The notes: a model not told the origin generated them from the sequence alone. A stretch of DNA of 64,000 nt from an uncultured Pseudomonadota bacterium (GCA_937885575.1 CALABO010000016.1:4392-68391); one strand, 5' to 3'; positions 54,118-64,000 are shown, counted from the first letter of the stretch. A program made the numbers and translations.

Positions 54118-55350
54118 ATGAAACATTTCTTTCGTATGACAAGTGTTGTGTGCGCATGCATGATTGGTGCCGGTGCGTATGGTGTGTCTGCGGGGACAAC
54201 CGCGACAAATATGGCGCGGGGCGTGAATATGGGAACGGTCGGTAATACGAACCTGCGCGGAAATCAAGGGTTGGCCAATGCGTATAAAACAAATCAGCGC
54301 AATACATATTATATGGTGAATGTGCCGGATGTGGACAGTGCATGTCGCGTAAAGATTGACAATTGTCTGTCCGATTATTGTGGTGATATAACGGTTGTTC
54401 CGGGCCAGGTTTCGGGTCGCTGTGCCTATGCAACCGAAAGTGAATTATATAATTATGTTTTGCTTTGTTTGCGTAATGATACATCTGTGCTTTTGCCGAA
54501 TTATGCCGCGAATACCAAGATGGGTGTCGGTGGGTTGAATACCGCGGCGCATTTGTGTCCGTCTTATGTGCAACAAGAATTGATGGCGTGGCTTTCGATG
54601 TCAAATATGGCAAATGAATTGACCAAGGCGCATTCGCCACAATGTTTAGAGAGGCGCCAGGAATTAGAGGCCGCAATGTCTTGCCATGCGGTTGCGTTGG
54701 CGTATGGAAACGAAACATCAAGTATGCTTATGTCGCAACTGACTGATTTTTGCGGTGCAGGCGTGCCGGGCGGTTCGGCCGAAATGGTGTCGCGATTCGC
54801 AAACGCCGGAAATGTTGGCGCAAATATCTGGGGCTGGGCGGAAAAAATTGTCACGCTTGATTTGAATAAGAAAGCATCCGATTGGGAAAATGCGGTTGAT
54901 GCGGTTTTGGCGTCCTACACCAATCGTATGAATTTGGCGTGTGGCGAAAATATGCAATTGAATTTGGCATCGCATGAAACATCGAATTCAAATGCGTTGC
55001 AGACGGCGGCCGCGATTGCAACGGGCGTTGCGTTTCCAAGTGCCGAAAAAAAAAATGATGGTGGCGCCGCAAAATCCGGAATCTTTTTCGAGGTAAAATC
55101 TAATACCGAAGTTTATGATTACGCGACCGCGAACCAGGTTATTCAGGCCGGGCTTTCGAATTCGCCGCTTACGCAAAATGCCTTTTTAACAAGCGCGCAA
55201 ATGGATAATATGCAAACCGCGTATAAATATGGAACCAAGGTTTTTATACTGCGCGATAGCACGCGTTGCTTTATGGTGCCGGTTGCAGACGTGACCGCGA
55301 CCGAGCGTTCAATGGTTGCACAACAATTTGCAAATTGCATTTATAAATAG
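54118..55350 (+). CDS. Secreted hypothetical protein with several Cys residues (410 aa)
   Basis: Sec signal MKHFFRMTSVVCACMIGAGAYGVSAG; AGGAGAGAG RBS; no recognisable domain. Confidence 0.55.
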   Translation: MKHFFRMTSVVCACMIGAGAYGVSAGTTATNMARGVNMGTVGNTNLRGNQGLANAYKTNQRNTYYMVNVPDVDSACRVKIDNCLSDYCGDITVVPGQVSGRCAYATESELYNYVLLCLRNDTSVLLPNYAANTKMGVGGLNTAAHLCPSYVQQELMAWLSMSNMANELTKAHSPQCLERRQELEAAMSCHAVALAYGNETSSMLMSQLTDFCGAGVPGGSAEMVSRFANAGNVGANIWGWAEKIVTLDLNKKASDWENAVDAVLASYTNRMNLACGENMQLNLASHETSNSNALQTAAAIATGVAFPSAEKKNDGGAAKSGIFFEVKSNTEVYDYATANQVIQAGLSNSPLTQNAFLTSAQMDNMQTAYKYGTKVFILRDSTRCFMVPVADVTATERSMVAQQFANCIYK

Positions 55351-55352
55351 TG

Positions 55353-55455
55353 TTAGTGTAAGTGGATAGTGGTTAGTAGATTCTGGAATTATTACGCAAT
55401 TACTGATTGATTCTAGATACTACTAACCACTTACACTAATCACTAACACTCTTAA
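55353..55455. repeat. Palindromic repeat element of about 100 bp (GTGTTAGTGTAAGTGG...core...CCACTTACACTAATCACTAACAC) between convergent genes
   Basis: Inverted arms of about 30 bp around the core ttctggaattattacgcaattactgattgattctagata. Same family as 41380..41535. Confidence 0.65.
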
Positions 55456-56519
55456 AATACATACTTAAATTCGGCGCCGCCATTCCAACCGTTCCGCGCG
55501 CCATCGTGACGGCCAAAGTTTATATTCAAACTGAAACCTTCGAAATTCTGGCTCAGATTTATTCCATATTCAAAATAATCTTTTATTTTAAGTTCTGGGA
55601 CTGTTTCGTAATTCACCCGTTGCGTGCCACCCGTTACGAAATTCATAACATACCCAAAGTGTCCGCCGATTGAAAGCCCGTCGCCAACATCGTGATAAAT
55701 ATCCAACATTGGTGTCAATTCAAAGAACCCAAAATCTTTGTTGCCGATATTGTTTCCGGCCCTTGAAATATAACTTGCAGAATTGACCCATGTATAACCC
55801 GCACGAAACGCAGGACGCAAGAATACGCCACCATCAAAGCCATACGTATACGCCGCGTTCGCCATAATTCCGGCATAGAAATTATTAAAATCATCGCCAT
55901 ACATTGCGGAGCCCACATCATTTATAGCAAGACCAAAATCCGCCATCGCGGCCAATTCCAAATCGCCAAACCTTTTGCCGAATGATGCGCCGATAAACGC
56001 GCCGTCGGTATCAATATCCATCGCATAATTTTTCGTATGCGCGCCGGAATATCCGCCAAAGAATTCCATACGCGATGCGTTAAATTCATTGCCGTATGCA
56101 ACGAACGCCAAATCAGAAGTGCTTTTCAAATGCGGGTTTGATTTGAACTTTACATTATCCGAAAAATGTTGCCACCCGATGCGGAAGTATTCGTTCGTCC
56201 CTTCACCGCCGCTGCGTCCCTTGATAAGCGGCAAAACACCCGTATCATCGCCGAATTCGCCATAGTAAAGCATTTCACCGTATGCATCAGGATCGTCCGC
56301 GGTTTCAACCGCCGTTTTTTCCGCCACAGGTTCGGTCTTGGTTTGCGCCCTGCCCCCGGTGGCCGATGTTTTTCCCATCGGCATAAATACGCGGTTTGCA
56401 ATTTCATGCTGGGCCGCGGCGATATTATGCGCCGACACGGAATTAGCATACAATCCGAAATCCGCCGAATGCGCCACAGATGAAACCAAGATTCCAATCA
56501 ATGCATATTGTGCTTTCAT
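55452..56519 (-). CDS. Outer-membrane beta-barrel protein (porin/OmpA-like barrel), 355 aa
   Basis: Signal MKAQYALIGILVSSVAHSA, Gly/Tyr-rich alternating strands, C-terminal ...GGAEFKYVF. Confidence 0.6.
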   Translation of the reverse strand: MKAQYALIGILVSSVAHSADFGLYANSVSAHNIAAAQHEIANRVFMPMGKTSATGGRAQTKTEPVAEKTAVETADDPDAYGEMLYYGEFGDDTGVLPLIKGRSGGEGTNEYFRIGWQHFSDNVKFKSNPHLKSTSDLAFVAYGNEFNASRMEFFGGYSGAHTKNYAMDIDTDGAFIGASFGKRFGDLELAAMADFGLAINDVGSAMYGDDFNNFYAGIMANAAYTYGFDGGVFLRPAFRAGYTWVNSASYISRAGNNIGNKDFGFFELTPMLDIYHDVGDGLSIGGHFGYVMNFVTGGTQRVNYETVPELKIKDYFEYGINLSQNFEGFSLNINFGRHDGARNGWNGGAEFKYVF

Positions 56520-56609
56520 AATCTCTCTCCATGTTTTATTTAACCATATTATACCACGAAATTCGCGATAAAAAAGTTTTTATTGTGACACGCAAAAAAA
56601 TTTTTTATT

Positions 56610-57179
56610 ATGGGTGCCATGAAAAACGAATTGAAAATTGATAAACCGATAGTAATGGTCGGCCTGATGGGGGCCGGCAAAACAAGTGTTGGGCGCGCGT
56701 TGGCGCACCATCTGGGCGTGCCGTTCGTCGATTCGGACAAAGAAATCGAACGCGCCGCCGGGTGCAGTGTCGTTGACATATTCGCAATGTATGGCGAAAA
56801 AGAATTCCGCCGGGTCGAAGAACGCGTGGTGTGTCGATTGCTGGATTCTGAACCGCGGGTAAAGGTTTTGTCCACCGGCGAAGGCGCATTTATAACACCT
56901 GAAATCCGCGAAAAAGTTTTAAGCGATGCGATTAGTATTTGGTTAAAGGCCGACCTGGATTTACTGGTCAAACGGACACAATTTCGCAACACGCGCCCGC
57001 AACTTTTGCACACCGATAGTAAAAAAATCCTTGCCCAATTGATCTCAGAGCGGTATAACACATATGCAATGGCGGACATAACCGTGGAAACTTTTGACGA
57101 AAATTTGCGCAAAACGCTTGGCACAGTAATTGACGCTTTGCAGGAACATATCAACCAAAAAGGAAAAAAACATGAGTAA
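56610..57179 (+). CDS. aroK: Shikimate kinase
   Basis: Walker A GLMGAGKTSVGRALA plus the shikimate-binding region DSD...GEG. Confidence 0.8.
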   Translation: MGAMKNELKIDKPIVMVGLMGAGKTSVGRALAHHLGVPFVDSDKEIERAAGCSVVDIFAMYGEKEFRRVEERVVCRLLDSEPRVKVLSTGEGAFITPEIREKVLSDAISIWLKADLDLLVKRTQFRNTRPQLLHTDSKKILAQLISERYNTYAMADITVETFDENLRKTLGTVIDALQEHINQKGKKHE

Positions 57180-57693
57180 ATTTTTAAAGGAATTCCGTGA
57201 TTTTGCGGAACGCGGTAACGCAATCGACATGGCCATCGGTATCATCGTTGGTTCTGTATTGACCAGTGTTGTGAACTCTCTTGTCGCCGATGTTATCATG
57301 CCACCGATTGGACTTTTGATTGGCGGTATCGATTTTTCACAGTTCTTTATTGTTCTGTCGGGTGGCGCAGGTCAGAGTTTTAATACGTTGGCTGAGGCCC
57401 AGGCCGCCGGCGCCAAGACAATGAACATTGGGTTGTTTTTGAATACTTTGGTAAGTTTTATTATCACGATGTTTGCGGCGTTCCTTATTGTGCGGACCGT
57501 TAACAAGATGAAAAGCAAAAAGGCCGTCACAACGCGTGCGTGTCCATATTGCAAGCAAACGGTCGATATAACCGCGACAAAGTGCCCGCATTGTTGTTCT
57601 GAATTAGAGGCCGGGGAAATAAAACCCGCCGAAGAAAGCGACATGGCGCGGGGCCTTAAAAAGTTAAAGAAAATCGTGAAGATAAAGAAATAG
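57172..57693 (+). CDS. mscL: Large-conductance mechanosensitive channel MscL with a C-terminal zinc-ribbon-like extension (CPYCKQ...CPHCC), 173 aa
   Basis: FLKEFRDFAERGNAIDMAIGIIVGSVLTSVVNSLVADVIMPPIG is the MscL TM1 signature. An extra roughly 35-aa tail carries CxxC-x12-CxxCC. Confidence 0.8.
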   Translation: MSKFLKEFRDFAERGNAIDMAIGIIVGSVLTSVVNSLVADVIMPPIGLLIGGIDFSQFFIVLSGGAGQSFNTLAEAQAAGAKTMNIGLFLNTLVSFIITMFAAFLIVRTVNKMKSKKAVTTRACPYCKQTVDITATKCPHCCSELEAGEIKPAEESDMARGLKKLKKIVKIKK

Positions 57694-57696
57694 TTA

Positions 57697-57721
57697 AACG
57701 CCCCGTTCGGGGCGTTTTTTA
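57697..57721 (+). terminator. Rho-independent terminator (aacgcccc-gttc-ggggcgtt + T6)
   Basis: Immediately after the mscL stop. Confidence 0.7.
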
Positions 57722-58249
57722 CTTTGATTTGTTTTGTTCCGAATAATTTATATTTTGGGTTAGTAATAAACGATTCTTGATTTTATCCAATTGGGCAATT
57801 GTTTCTTGGATTTCATCATCACTCATTACTGTGCCGTGTGTATGTGCCAACTCTGTTAAATAGAATTGAAGGTCATATACGCTGTCATTAATAGTTTTTT
57901 CAAATGGATTTTCAAATTTTTTCCCGTTTGCCTTGGCCTGGATGGCCTTGGACAGACCAATATAATCCTTATCGAGTCCAAACAAACGCTTTCTGACAAG
58001 CACTGATATATAAAGTGTTGTTCCGGGTTCGGTAAATATTAATTCTTGGGTGCAACCCCTAATAAACTGCTGACTACGCGCCAAATTGTTATGTTCAAGT
58101 TTATATGGACCAAAGTCGTAAATAGTGATAAAATCATGGTCGTATCCATGCGCATGATTAAAGTCGCCGGGGCATATTTGCCCATCGGGATATGATACCG
58201 CAACGGGATACTTTTGCAACGCGGCATACATACTAATAAGTTGTTCCAT
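57719..58249 (-). CDS. Hypothetical protein (176 aa)
   Basis: ORF with a His-rich segment FNHAHGYDHDF; no confident family. Confidence 0.45.
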   Translation of the reverse strand: MEQLISMYAALQKYPVAVSYPDGQICPGDFNHAHGYDHDFITIYDFGPYKLEHNNLARSQQFIRGCTQELIFTEPGTTLYISVLVRKRLFGLDKDYIGLSKAIQAKANGKKFENPFEKTINDSVYDLQFYLTELAHTHGTVMSDDEIQETIAQLDKIKNRLLLTQNINYSEQNKSK

Positions 58250-58356
58250 AATATGTCCTTTTTCTTTGATCTATTGGCATTATGCCTTGTTTTTGGCGGA
58301 TGTAAAGAAAAATCTTGAAAAGCGGATTTTTTAATGATAGAGTGGACTTCGCACAT

Positions 58357-58434
58357 GGCGGATGTAGCTCAGCTGGTTAGAGCGTCGGTTTGTGGTACCG
58401 AATGTCGCCGGTTCGAATCCGGTCATCCGCCCCA
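58357..58434 (+). tRNA. tRNA-His (anticodon GTG) with encoded G-1 and CCA
   Basis: g-gcggatgtagctcagctggttagagcgtcggttGTGgtaccgaatgtcgccggttcgaatccggtcatccgcccca. Confidence 0.85.
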
Positions 58435-58442
58435 TGAATTTG

Positions 58443-58470
58443 AAAAACATCCCGATTGGGATGTTTTTTT
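58443..58470 (+). terminator. Rho-independent terminator after tRNA-His (aacatccc-gatt-gggatgtt + T7)
   Basis: Perfect 8-bp stem plus T-tract. Confidence 0.7.
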
Positions 58471-58483
58471 AATTCACCGTGTG

Positions 58484-58616
58484 TTATCTTGATTCGAACC
58501 GGCGAGTTTAGTCGGCTAGAAATGTTGAAACAAGGCGAACGGCTGTGCGCCGGTCCACCGTAGCGTTTTGCGAAGGTGGATGTTTCAACATTGGCAAAGC
58601 AATCCGGTCATCCGCA
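58484..58616. repeat. tRNA-His remnants: inverted T-arm copy (58484..58500) and direct copy of the 3' acceptor end (58600..58616), flanking a long imperfect hairpin (aaatgttgaaaca...tgtttcaacatt)
   Basis: The reverse complement of cttgattcgaaccggcgag contains gccggttcgaatc (13/13 to the T-arm). aatccggtcatccgcac matches the tRNA end 15/15. Confidence 0.55.
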
Positions 58617-58672
58617 CTTTATGTGCTGGGCACATCATAAAAAAATCAGACCGCCGATTGGCGGTCCGTTTT

Positions 58673-59248
58673 TTACATTTGTTCATCGGCCCAGGTTTTT
58701 AATTCCGACACGGAAACATCAACCGGGAATCTTTCGCCACCGCGGACATGCGCGTTCGGTGCAAGTGATTGTATATTTGCCCCTGAATCGCCGATGCCAC
58801 TGGTGCCGGATGTTGCAAACGGAACAATTATTTTTCCGGCAAAATCATAACTTTCCATGAAAGTATCAATTATCGATGGTTCGCGTCCCCACCAAATTGG
58901 GAACCCAACAAACACCACATTATATTGTGCGATATTTTCAATTTTTGATGCGATTGCCGGGCGTGAATACCTGCTCGCCATTTCAATCGAAGAACGGCTT
59001 TGGTCATTTTGCCAATTCAAATCTTCGTCTGTATACAATTGTTCGGGGGTTATTTCAAATAAATCGGCACCGGTTGCATCGGCCAATTTTTCCGCCACCG
59101 CCTTGGTATTTCCGGTTGCACTAAAATACGCGACCAAAATTTTGCCACCGTCCGTTGCACCTTTGGATGTGGAAACGCGCGGGCGCAGGACCAAAAAGAT
59201 TCCAACAATCACGATGATTATTGCCAAAATAAATAATACTTTTTTCAT
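58673..59248 (-). CDS. Flavodoxin-family protein with an N-terminal membrane anchor or signal (191 aa)
   Basis: KILVAYFSATGNTKAVAEKLA is the flavodoxin FMN-binding T/SxTGxT loop; N-terminal hydrophobic helix. Confidence 0.65.
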   Translation of the reverse strand: MKKVLFILAIIIVIVGIFLVLRPRVSTSKGATDGGKILVAYFSATGNTKAVAEKLADATGADLFEITPEQLYTDEDLNWQNDQSRSSIEMASRYSRPAIASKIENIAQYNVVFVGFPIWWGREPSIIDTFMESYDFAGKIIVPFATSGTSGIGDSGANIQSLAPNAHVRGGERFPVDVSVSELKTWADEQM

Positions 59249-59266
59249 TTTTTTCTCCTTTGTTTG

Positions 59267-60220
59267 TTATTCGTTATCCAAATCAACCAGTTTATATTTG
59301 CGGGAACCAACACCGATTTTTTCCGCAGATTCCAATGTGTGCAATCCGTTTCTGTCGGCGATACGTTCCATCAGTTTTTGATTGCCGTCCGCAACCGACA
59401 CCATGTCAATGCCGGCCTGGTCAATGGCGACCGGGTCACGCGACACCAAAATTCCGATATCGTGAATATCCGGTTCCGCCGGGTTCGCATTGCAATCACA
59501 ATCGATACTTATGCGGTTCAGCACATTGATATAAACCATATTGTCGCGCCCGACATAGTCCGTCACCGCGCGCGCCGCATCCGCCATAGATTCCAAAAAC
59601 GCGTCTTGTTCGCCACCCCACGGATTATCCTTGGATGTGCCACCACTGTGAATCCATGCCTTGCCCATGGATGATGCAAAACCGATAGAAATGTTTTTCA
59701 ATGCGCCGCCAAAGCCCGCCATTTGGTGTCCCTTGAAATGCGACAGGACAATATACGACGGATAATTCGCAAAATGCGTTCCGACATAATTTTCGGTCAA
59801 TCTGTTCCCGTCCGTAACCGGCAATGTCATAGAACCTTCTTCGTCCATAATATCAACCGGCGCGACGTCCAAGAATCCGCGTTCGCGTATTGCCGCCCAA
59901 TGTGATTCCGTATCATTACGATTGCCGGCGTATGCAGTGTTGCATTCAACGATTGTTCCATCAACCTTTTTAACCAATTCCTTTATCAATTCCGGACGCA
60001 GGTAATTTGTTTTGGCGGATTCACCGGTACTCATTTTTATTCCAACCTTGCCGGACGGTTTCCAATTCAATGCATCGTATGCACGAACCAATCCCGCGGG
60101 CGAAATATCACGCGTAAAATATACAACCGGCACATCGTTCGATGCGGTGACGGCGTGAATTCCAATTGCCCCGGCGACCACACCGGCGGTTGCGATTGTT
60201 GCGATGGTTTGCTTTTTCAT
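59267..60220 (-). CDS. DUF362-family protein (about 317 aa from MKKQT)
   Basis: Signal-like N-terminus; the central CDCNANPAEPD region is typical of DUF362. GGGGG RBS before the ATG at 60220; the track ORF starts at 60259. Confidence 0.5.
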   Translation of the reverse strand: MKKQTIATIATAGVVAGAIGIHAVTASNDVPVVYFTRDISPAGLVRAYDALNWKPSGKVGIKMSTGESAKTNYLRPELIKELVKKVDGTIVECNTAYAGNRNDTESHWAAIRERGFLDVAPVDIMDEEGSMTLPVTDGNRLTENYVGTHFANYPSYIVLSHFKGHQMAGFGGALKNISIGFASSMGKAWIHSGGTSKDNPWGGEQDAFLESMADAARAVTDYVGRDNMVYINVLNRISIDCDCNANPAEPDIHDIGILVSRDPVAIDQAGIDMVSVADGNQKLMERIADRNGLHTLESAEKIGVGSRKYKLVDLDNE

Positions 60221-60319
60221 TATTACCCCCTTTCGCGCCCCAGGATACAAATTGCGCAAATTTTTTGCAAGTTTTTTCTGCTTGCCATAATGGTCTGGTT
60301 TTTTGTATTTTTACAATGT

Positions 60320-62371
60320 ATGAAGAAAGAACTGTTTGATTTTTTGACGACGGACCTGCAATTTATTCGCGGGGTTGGGCCGGTGTTGGCCGCGCGATTT
60401 TTTGATTTACTGGGGAATCGGCGGATTTTGGATTTTTTACTGCACATACCCGTTTATGTCAAGGAACGCGGTGTCATCGACAGTGTTGCAACCGCGATGC
60501 CCGGCGAAATCGTGACAACCATGGTGCGGGTAAAGGCGCATAAAATCGGGCGTGCCTTTGGTCGGCGGCGCAGTCCGACACGCATAACCTGTGTGGACAA
60601 GGTTGGTCAGACGGTGATTATTCAATTCTTTAATTCGAACTTTTTGGATTATTGGCTGAAAAAATTACCCATCGGTGAATGGCGCATGATAAGTGGTAAA
60701 TTGGAACAATCAACCACGCCTACAATCAATCACCCCGAATTTATCGAAGAAGTGCAAAACGCCGATAAAATTCCAAAGATTCAGGCAATTTATCGCGCGG
60801 GCGAAGGCATTACGCAAAAAACATTTACAAACATTCGCGACCAGGTTTTTGCCGCATTGCCCGACAAAATTGTTGGTGCGGATGAACACTTGGTGGAATT
60901 TTTCGATGCGTTGCGCGCCGCGCACTATGCACAAAGCAACGATGAATTAAAATCTATGTCCGATAGTATTGTAAAGTTGGCATATTTTGAATTGTTATCG
61001 CACCAGGTTGCAATTGCCGCAAACCGCCGCACGCGTAAGGACGAACGGCACCGGCGCGTGCCACGCGCAAAAAAGTATGATTTGTTGCCACGGTTCTATG
61101 AATCATTGCCATTCGATTTGACGGGTGCGCAAAAACGCGCAATTGATGAAATTGCACACGATATGTCGGGCGATTTTCCGATGATGCGCCTTGTTCAGGG
61201 TGACGTTGGTTGTGGCAAAACAATGGTTGCGATGGCGGGGGTGGTTATGATGGCCGAATCCGGTGCACAAACGGCGTTGCTTGCCCCGACCGATACATTG
61301 GCGGCGCAACACTTTGCAAAACTAAAACCACTGTGTGATAAATTGGGGCTGGTGTGTGATATTTTGACCGGCCGTGACAAAGGTGTGGCGCGTCGTGAAA
61401 AATTGATTTCACTGCGGTCGGGGCGCACGCGGTTGGTTGTCGGCACGCATGCACTTTTTTCAGACGATGTGGAATATAAAGATTTGGGTTTGGTTATAAT
61501 TGATGAACAACACCGCTTTGGTGTGGCGCAACGCGAAGCACTGCGTGCCAAAGGGAAAAATCCAGATGTGTTGGCACTTTCCGCGACGCCGATACCGCGA
61601 ACACTTTCCATGACGATTTATGGTGATATGGACGTTTCGATTATAAATGAAAAGCCCGCGGGCCGTATGCCAATAAAGACGACGAAACTCCCTATTTCGC
61701 GCATTAATGCACTGATTGACCGTTTGCGTGTTCAAGTGGTTGGCGGCGCAAAGGTCTTTTGGATTTGTCCGTTGGTCGTGGAATCCGAAGATTCTGATGC
61801 AACCGCCGCACAACATCGATACGAAGAATTAAAAAAAGTTTTCACTTGTGTCGGTCTTGTTCATGGGCAAATGTCCAAAGATGAACGCGACAAAGTTATG
61901 GCGGAATTTGCGCGACCCGGTTCCGATATAAAAATTCTTGTGGCGACGACGGTTATAGAGGTTGGAATTGATGTCCCCGATGCAACAATAATTGTGATTG
62001 AAAACGCGGAACGATTTGGACTTGCGGCGTTGCACCAATTGCGTGGGCGTGTTGGGCGCGGTGCGGCGCAATCGTTTTGTATATTACTCTATGGTGATAA
62101 TGTGTCGCCCGATGGAATTCGGCGTTTAGATGTCCTGACTGAAACGGATGATGGATTCGCAATCGCAGAACAAGATTTAATGATGCGCGGTGTCGGTGAA
62201 CTTTTGGGCACGCGGCAAAGTGGATGGATAAATTATCACTTTGTTGACTATCGCGACCATCGGGATTTGTTCAAATTGGCGGCGCGCGCGGCATCTGATA
62301 TGATAACGGTTGAACCGTGGGTGAACGATTTAATGTTCATATTCGACCGCACATTAAAGATAGGTGTATGA
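60320..62371 (+). CDS. recG: ATP-dependent DNA helicase RecG
   Basis: Wedge domain, Walker A GDVGCGKT, DEQHRFG, QLRGRVGRG motifs. The start MKKELFDF at 60320 is internal to the longer track ORF. Confidence 0.85.
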   Translation: MKKELFDFLTTDLQFIRGVGPVLAARFFDLLGNRRILDFLLHIPVYVKERGVIDSVATAMPGEIVTTMVRVKAHKIGRAFGRRRSPTRITCVDKVGQTVIIQFFNSNFLDYWLKKLPIGEWRMISGKLEQSTTPTINHPEFIEEVQNADKIPKIQAIYRAGEGITQKTFTNIRDQVFAALPDKIVGADEHLVEFFDALRAAHYAQSNDELKSMSDSIVKLAYFELLSHQVAIAANRRTRKDERHRRVPRAKKYDLLPRFYESLPFDLTGAQKRAIDEIAHDMSGDFPMMRLVQGDVGCGKTMVAMAGVVMMAESGAQTALLAPTDTLAAQHFAKLKPLCDKLGLVCDILTGRDKGVARREKLISLRSGRTRLVVGTHALFSDDVEYKDLGLVIIDEQHRFGVAQREALRAKGKNPDVLALSATPIPRTLSMTIYGDMDVSIINEKPAGRMPIKTTKLPISRINALIDRLRVQVVGGAKVFWICPLVVESEDSDATAAQHRYEELKKVFTCVGLVHGQMSKDERDKVMAEFARPGSDIKILVATTVIEVGIDVPDATIIVIENAERFGLAALHQLRGRVGRGAAQSFCILLYGDNVSPDGIRRLDVLTETDDGFAIAEQDLMMRGVGELLGTRQSGWINYHFVDYRDHRDLFKLAARAASDMITVEPWVNDLMFIFDRTLKIGV

Positions 62372-63675
62372 TGAAAAAAATTCTGACTTTCATTTTTGCG
62401 ATTTTGTTTTCTGTGCCGTTGCGCGCAGAATCACTTATCAATGATACAGAGGTTGAATCGGTTTTATCAGAACTTGTTACACCGATTGCGACCGCGGCCA
62501 AGATTGCACCGAACCGCATGCACATTTACCTTGTTGACGACGACAGTTTTAATGCGTTCGTAATCGGTGGCGAAGATATTTATATCTATACCGGACTGCT
62601 TAAACGCGTGACGACGCCAAATGCACTGCGGGCGGTTGTTGCACATGAATTGGGACATACACTGGGCGGACATATGGCACAGTTATCGGCACAGATGGAA
62701 TCCGAAATGCGGCGCGCAATGATTATTCAGGCATTGGGTGTTGGCCTTATGGTGCTTGGTGGGAATCCGTCGCTGGGGGCGGGTGTAATGGCGGGTGCAA
62801 CCGGTATTGCCAAACAATCGCTGCTATCATTTTCGCGTGACGAAGAACGCGTTGCCGATGATTTGGGTTTTAATTTGATGGTTGATGCGGGGTATAATCC
62901 AAATGGATTTATCGAGATATTTACGCAGATGAATGAAATGACATCGCCAATTGAATCGCGCGTGAATAAGAATTCTATCAATCACCCTGTGACCGCAGAA
63001 CGATTGAAAAATGTTCGTGAAAAATTGGCGGACAAAAAAATAAGTGGTAAAAAATTCAAAGATGACGATGCGGAAATGGTAAGAAAATATGACCTGGTGC
63101 GCGCAAAGTTGATTGGGTATCTGGACGATTTTGCGCGCATTAAAACACTGTATCCGTATGCCGATAAATCCGATGCGGCGATTTATGCGCGCGCGATTGC
63201 GAATATGCGTGGCGGAAATTTGGCCGGCGCGGCGACGGGGACACGGACACTTGTTTCGCGACAACCAAAGAATCCATATTTTTACGAATTGCTTGGCGAT
63301 ATCGAATATCAATTCGGCCACTATGACGACAGTATCGATGCATACGAACGCGCCATAACCTTGCGGAAAAATTCACCGCAAATTGAAACCGCACTTGCAC
63401 TTGTGCTATCGGAACGCGGTGAAAATGACGACCCCGCGCGCGCGATTGAACTTTGCCGTCACACAATTTTGGTTGAACCCAAACCGTTGGCATATTGGGT
63501 GTTGGCGCGTGCATTTGGTGATGATGGTCGTGCCGATTGGGCAATGGCGGAATTTTATGTTTTGACCAAACAACCGGACAAGGCACGCGAATATGCGCGC
63601 CGCGCAAAAACGAAACTTTCGCACGATGCGCCTGAATACATAAAGTCCGATGATATTTTAAACCAGAAAAAATAA
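62368..63675 (+). CDS. M48-family zinc metallopeptidase with C-terminal TPR repeats (BepA/YfgC-like), periplasmic
   Basis: Signal MMKKILTFIFAILFSVPLRA; HELGH zinc motif (VAHELGHTLGGH); TPR-like C-terminus. 4-nt overlap with recG. Confidence 0.75.
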   Translation: MMKKILTFIFAILFSVPLRAESLINDTEVESVLSELVTPIATAAKIAPNRMHIYLVDDDSFNAFVIGGEDIYIYTGLLKRVTTPNALRAVVAHELGHTLGGHMAQLSAQMESEMRRAMIIQALGVGLMVLGGNPSLGAGVMAGATGIAKQSLLSFSRDEERVADDLGFNLMVDAGYNPNGFIEIFTQMNEMTSPIESRVNKNSINHPVTAERLKNVREKLADKKISGKKFKDDDAEMVRKYDLVRAKLIGYLDDFARIKTLYPYADKSDAAIYARAIANMRGGNLAGAATGTRTLVSRQPKNPYFYELLGDIEYQFGHYDDSIDAYERAITLRKNSPQIETALALVLSERGENDDPARAIELCRHTILVEPKPLAYWVLARAFGDDGRADWAMAEFYVLTKQPDKAREYARRAKTKLSHDAPEYIKSDDILNQKK

Positions 63676-63680
63676 CGCGA

Positions 63681-64000
63681 CTATTCCAAAACTTTTTTTT
63701 GCAAATTGATAAGTTTTTCCGCCGCCACCGCCGCCATATCCATAATTTCGCCAAGTTGCGATTTATCGAACGGATGTTGTTCGCCGGTGGATTGAACCTC
63801 TATGAATTGGCCGCCTTCGGCAACGACAAAGTTCGCGTCCATTTCGGCATCATGATCCTCTTCGAAATCCAAATCCAAAACAAGTTCGCCGTTCCACACG
63901 CCTGCACTTACCGCCGCAACATTTTCGCGAATTGGATTTTCCATCAACCGTTCGTTTTCCATCATCCAACGCACCGCCAAAGACATCGCAACGAACCCGC
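63681..64000 (-). CDS. rph: Ribonuclease PH, C-terminal part (gene continues beyond the window end)
   Basis: ...AAVSAGVWNGELVLDLDFEEDHDAEMDANFVV matches the RNase PH C-terminal region. The frame is open to position 64000. Confidence 0.7.
   Translation of the reverse strand, partial: GFVAMSLAVRWMMENERLMENPIRENVAAVSAGVWNGELVLDLDFEEDHDAEMDANFVVAEGGQFIEVQSTGEQHPFDKSQLGEIMDMAAVAAEKLINLQKKVLE

Noticed and set aside
54116-54721. 201-aa minus-strand ORF
   Set aside because: Antisense to the well-supported secreted-protein gene 54118..55350. It has a proline/histidine-rich low-complexity translation and no RBS.
56549-57223. 224-aa minus-strand ORF
   Set aside because: Antisense to aroK and the start of mscL, both of which have clear family signatures.

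Overview
This 64-kb window looks like an alphaproteobacterial chromosome: it carries a circularly permuted two-piece tmRNA gene and an RNase E with an acidic insert. Core genes with about 50% GC (accD-accA fusion, IHF/HU, peroxiredoxin, rne, mlaEFD, lon-like, obg, rubrerythrin, prfB, aroK, mscL, recG, bepA-like, rph) alternate with AT-rich accessory patches (glycosyltransferase/LPS-type cluster with rmlC, outer-membrane proteins, an MFS transporter, small orphan ORFs). The dominant feature is a 19.6-kb ORF (21151..40731, minus) encoding a 6526-aa secreted, Cys/Gly/Thr/Asn/Tyr-rich protein. It is built from many Listeria-Bacteroides (InlB B-repeat)-like modules and eukaryote-like ephrin-receptor/furin-like cysteine-rich repeats, and it lies 12 nt upstream of, and co-oriented with, an mlaE-mlaF-mlaD-lipoprotein operon. 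Other notable items are seven tRNA genes, at least four with degenerate copies of their own 3' end 130-200 bp downstream. I also noted a dispersed family of nested-palindromic repeats built around GTGTTAGTG, a canonical prfB +1 frameshift site, a Lon-like N+AAA+ ATPase with no peptidase domain, an ACP with a K/A/T-rich tail, an MscL with a zinc-ribbon tail, and a CI-like repressor plus P22-type endolysin pair beside tRNA-Asn. Most plus-strand ORFs in the track between 21 and 41 kb, and all ORFs over the tmRNA locus, are antisense or spurious.
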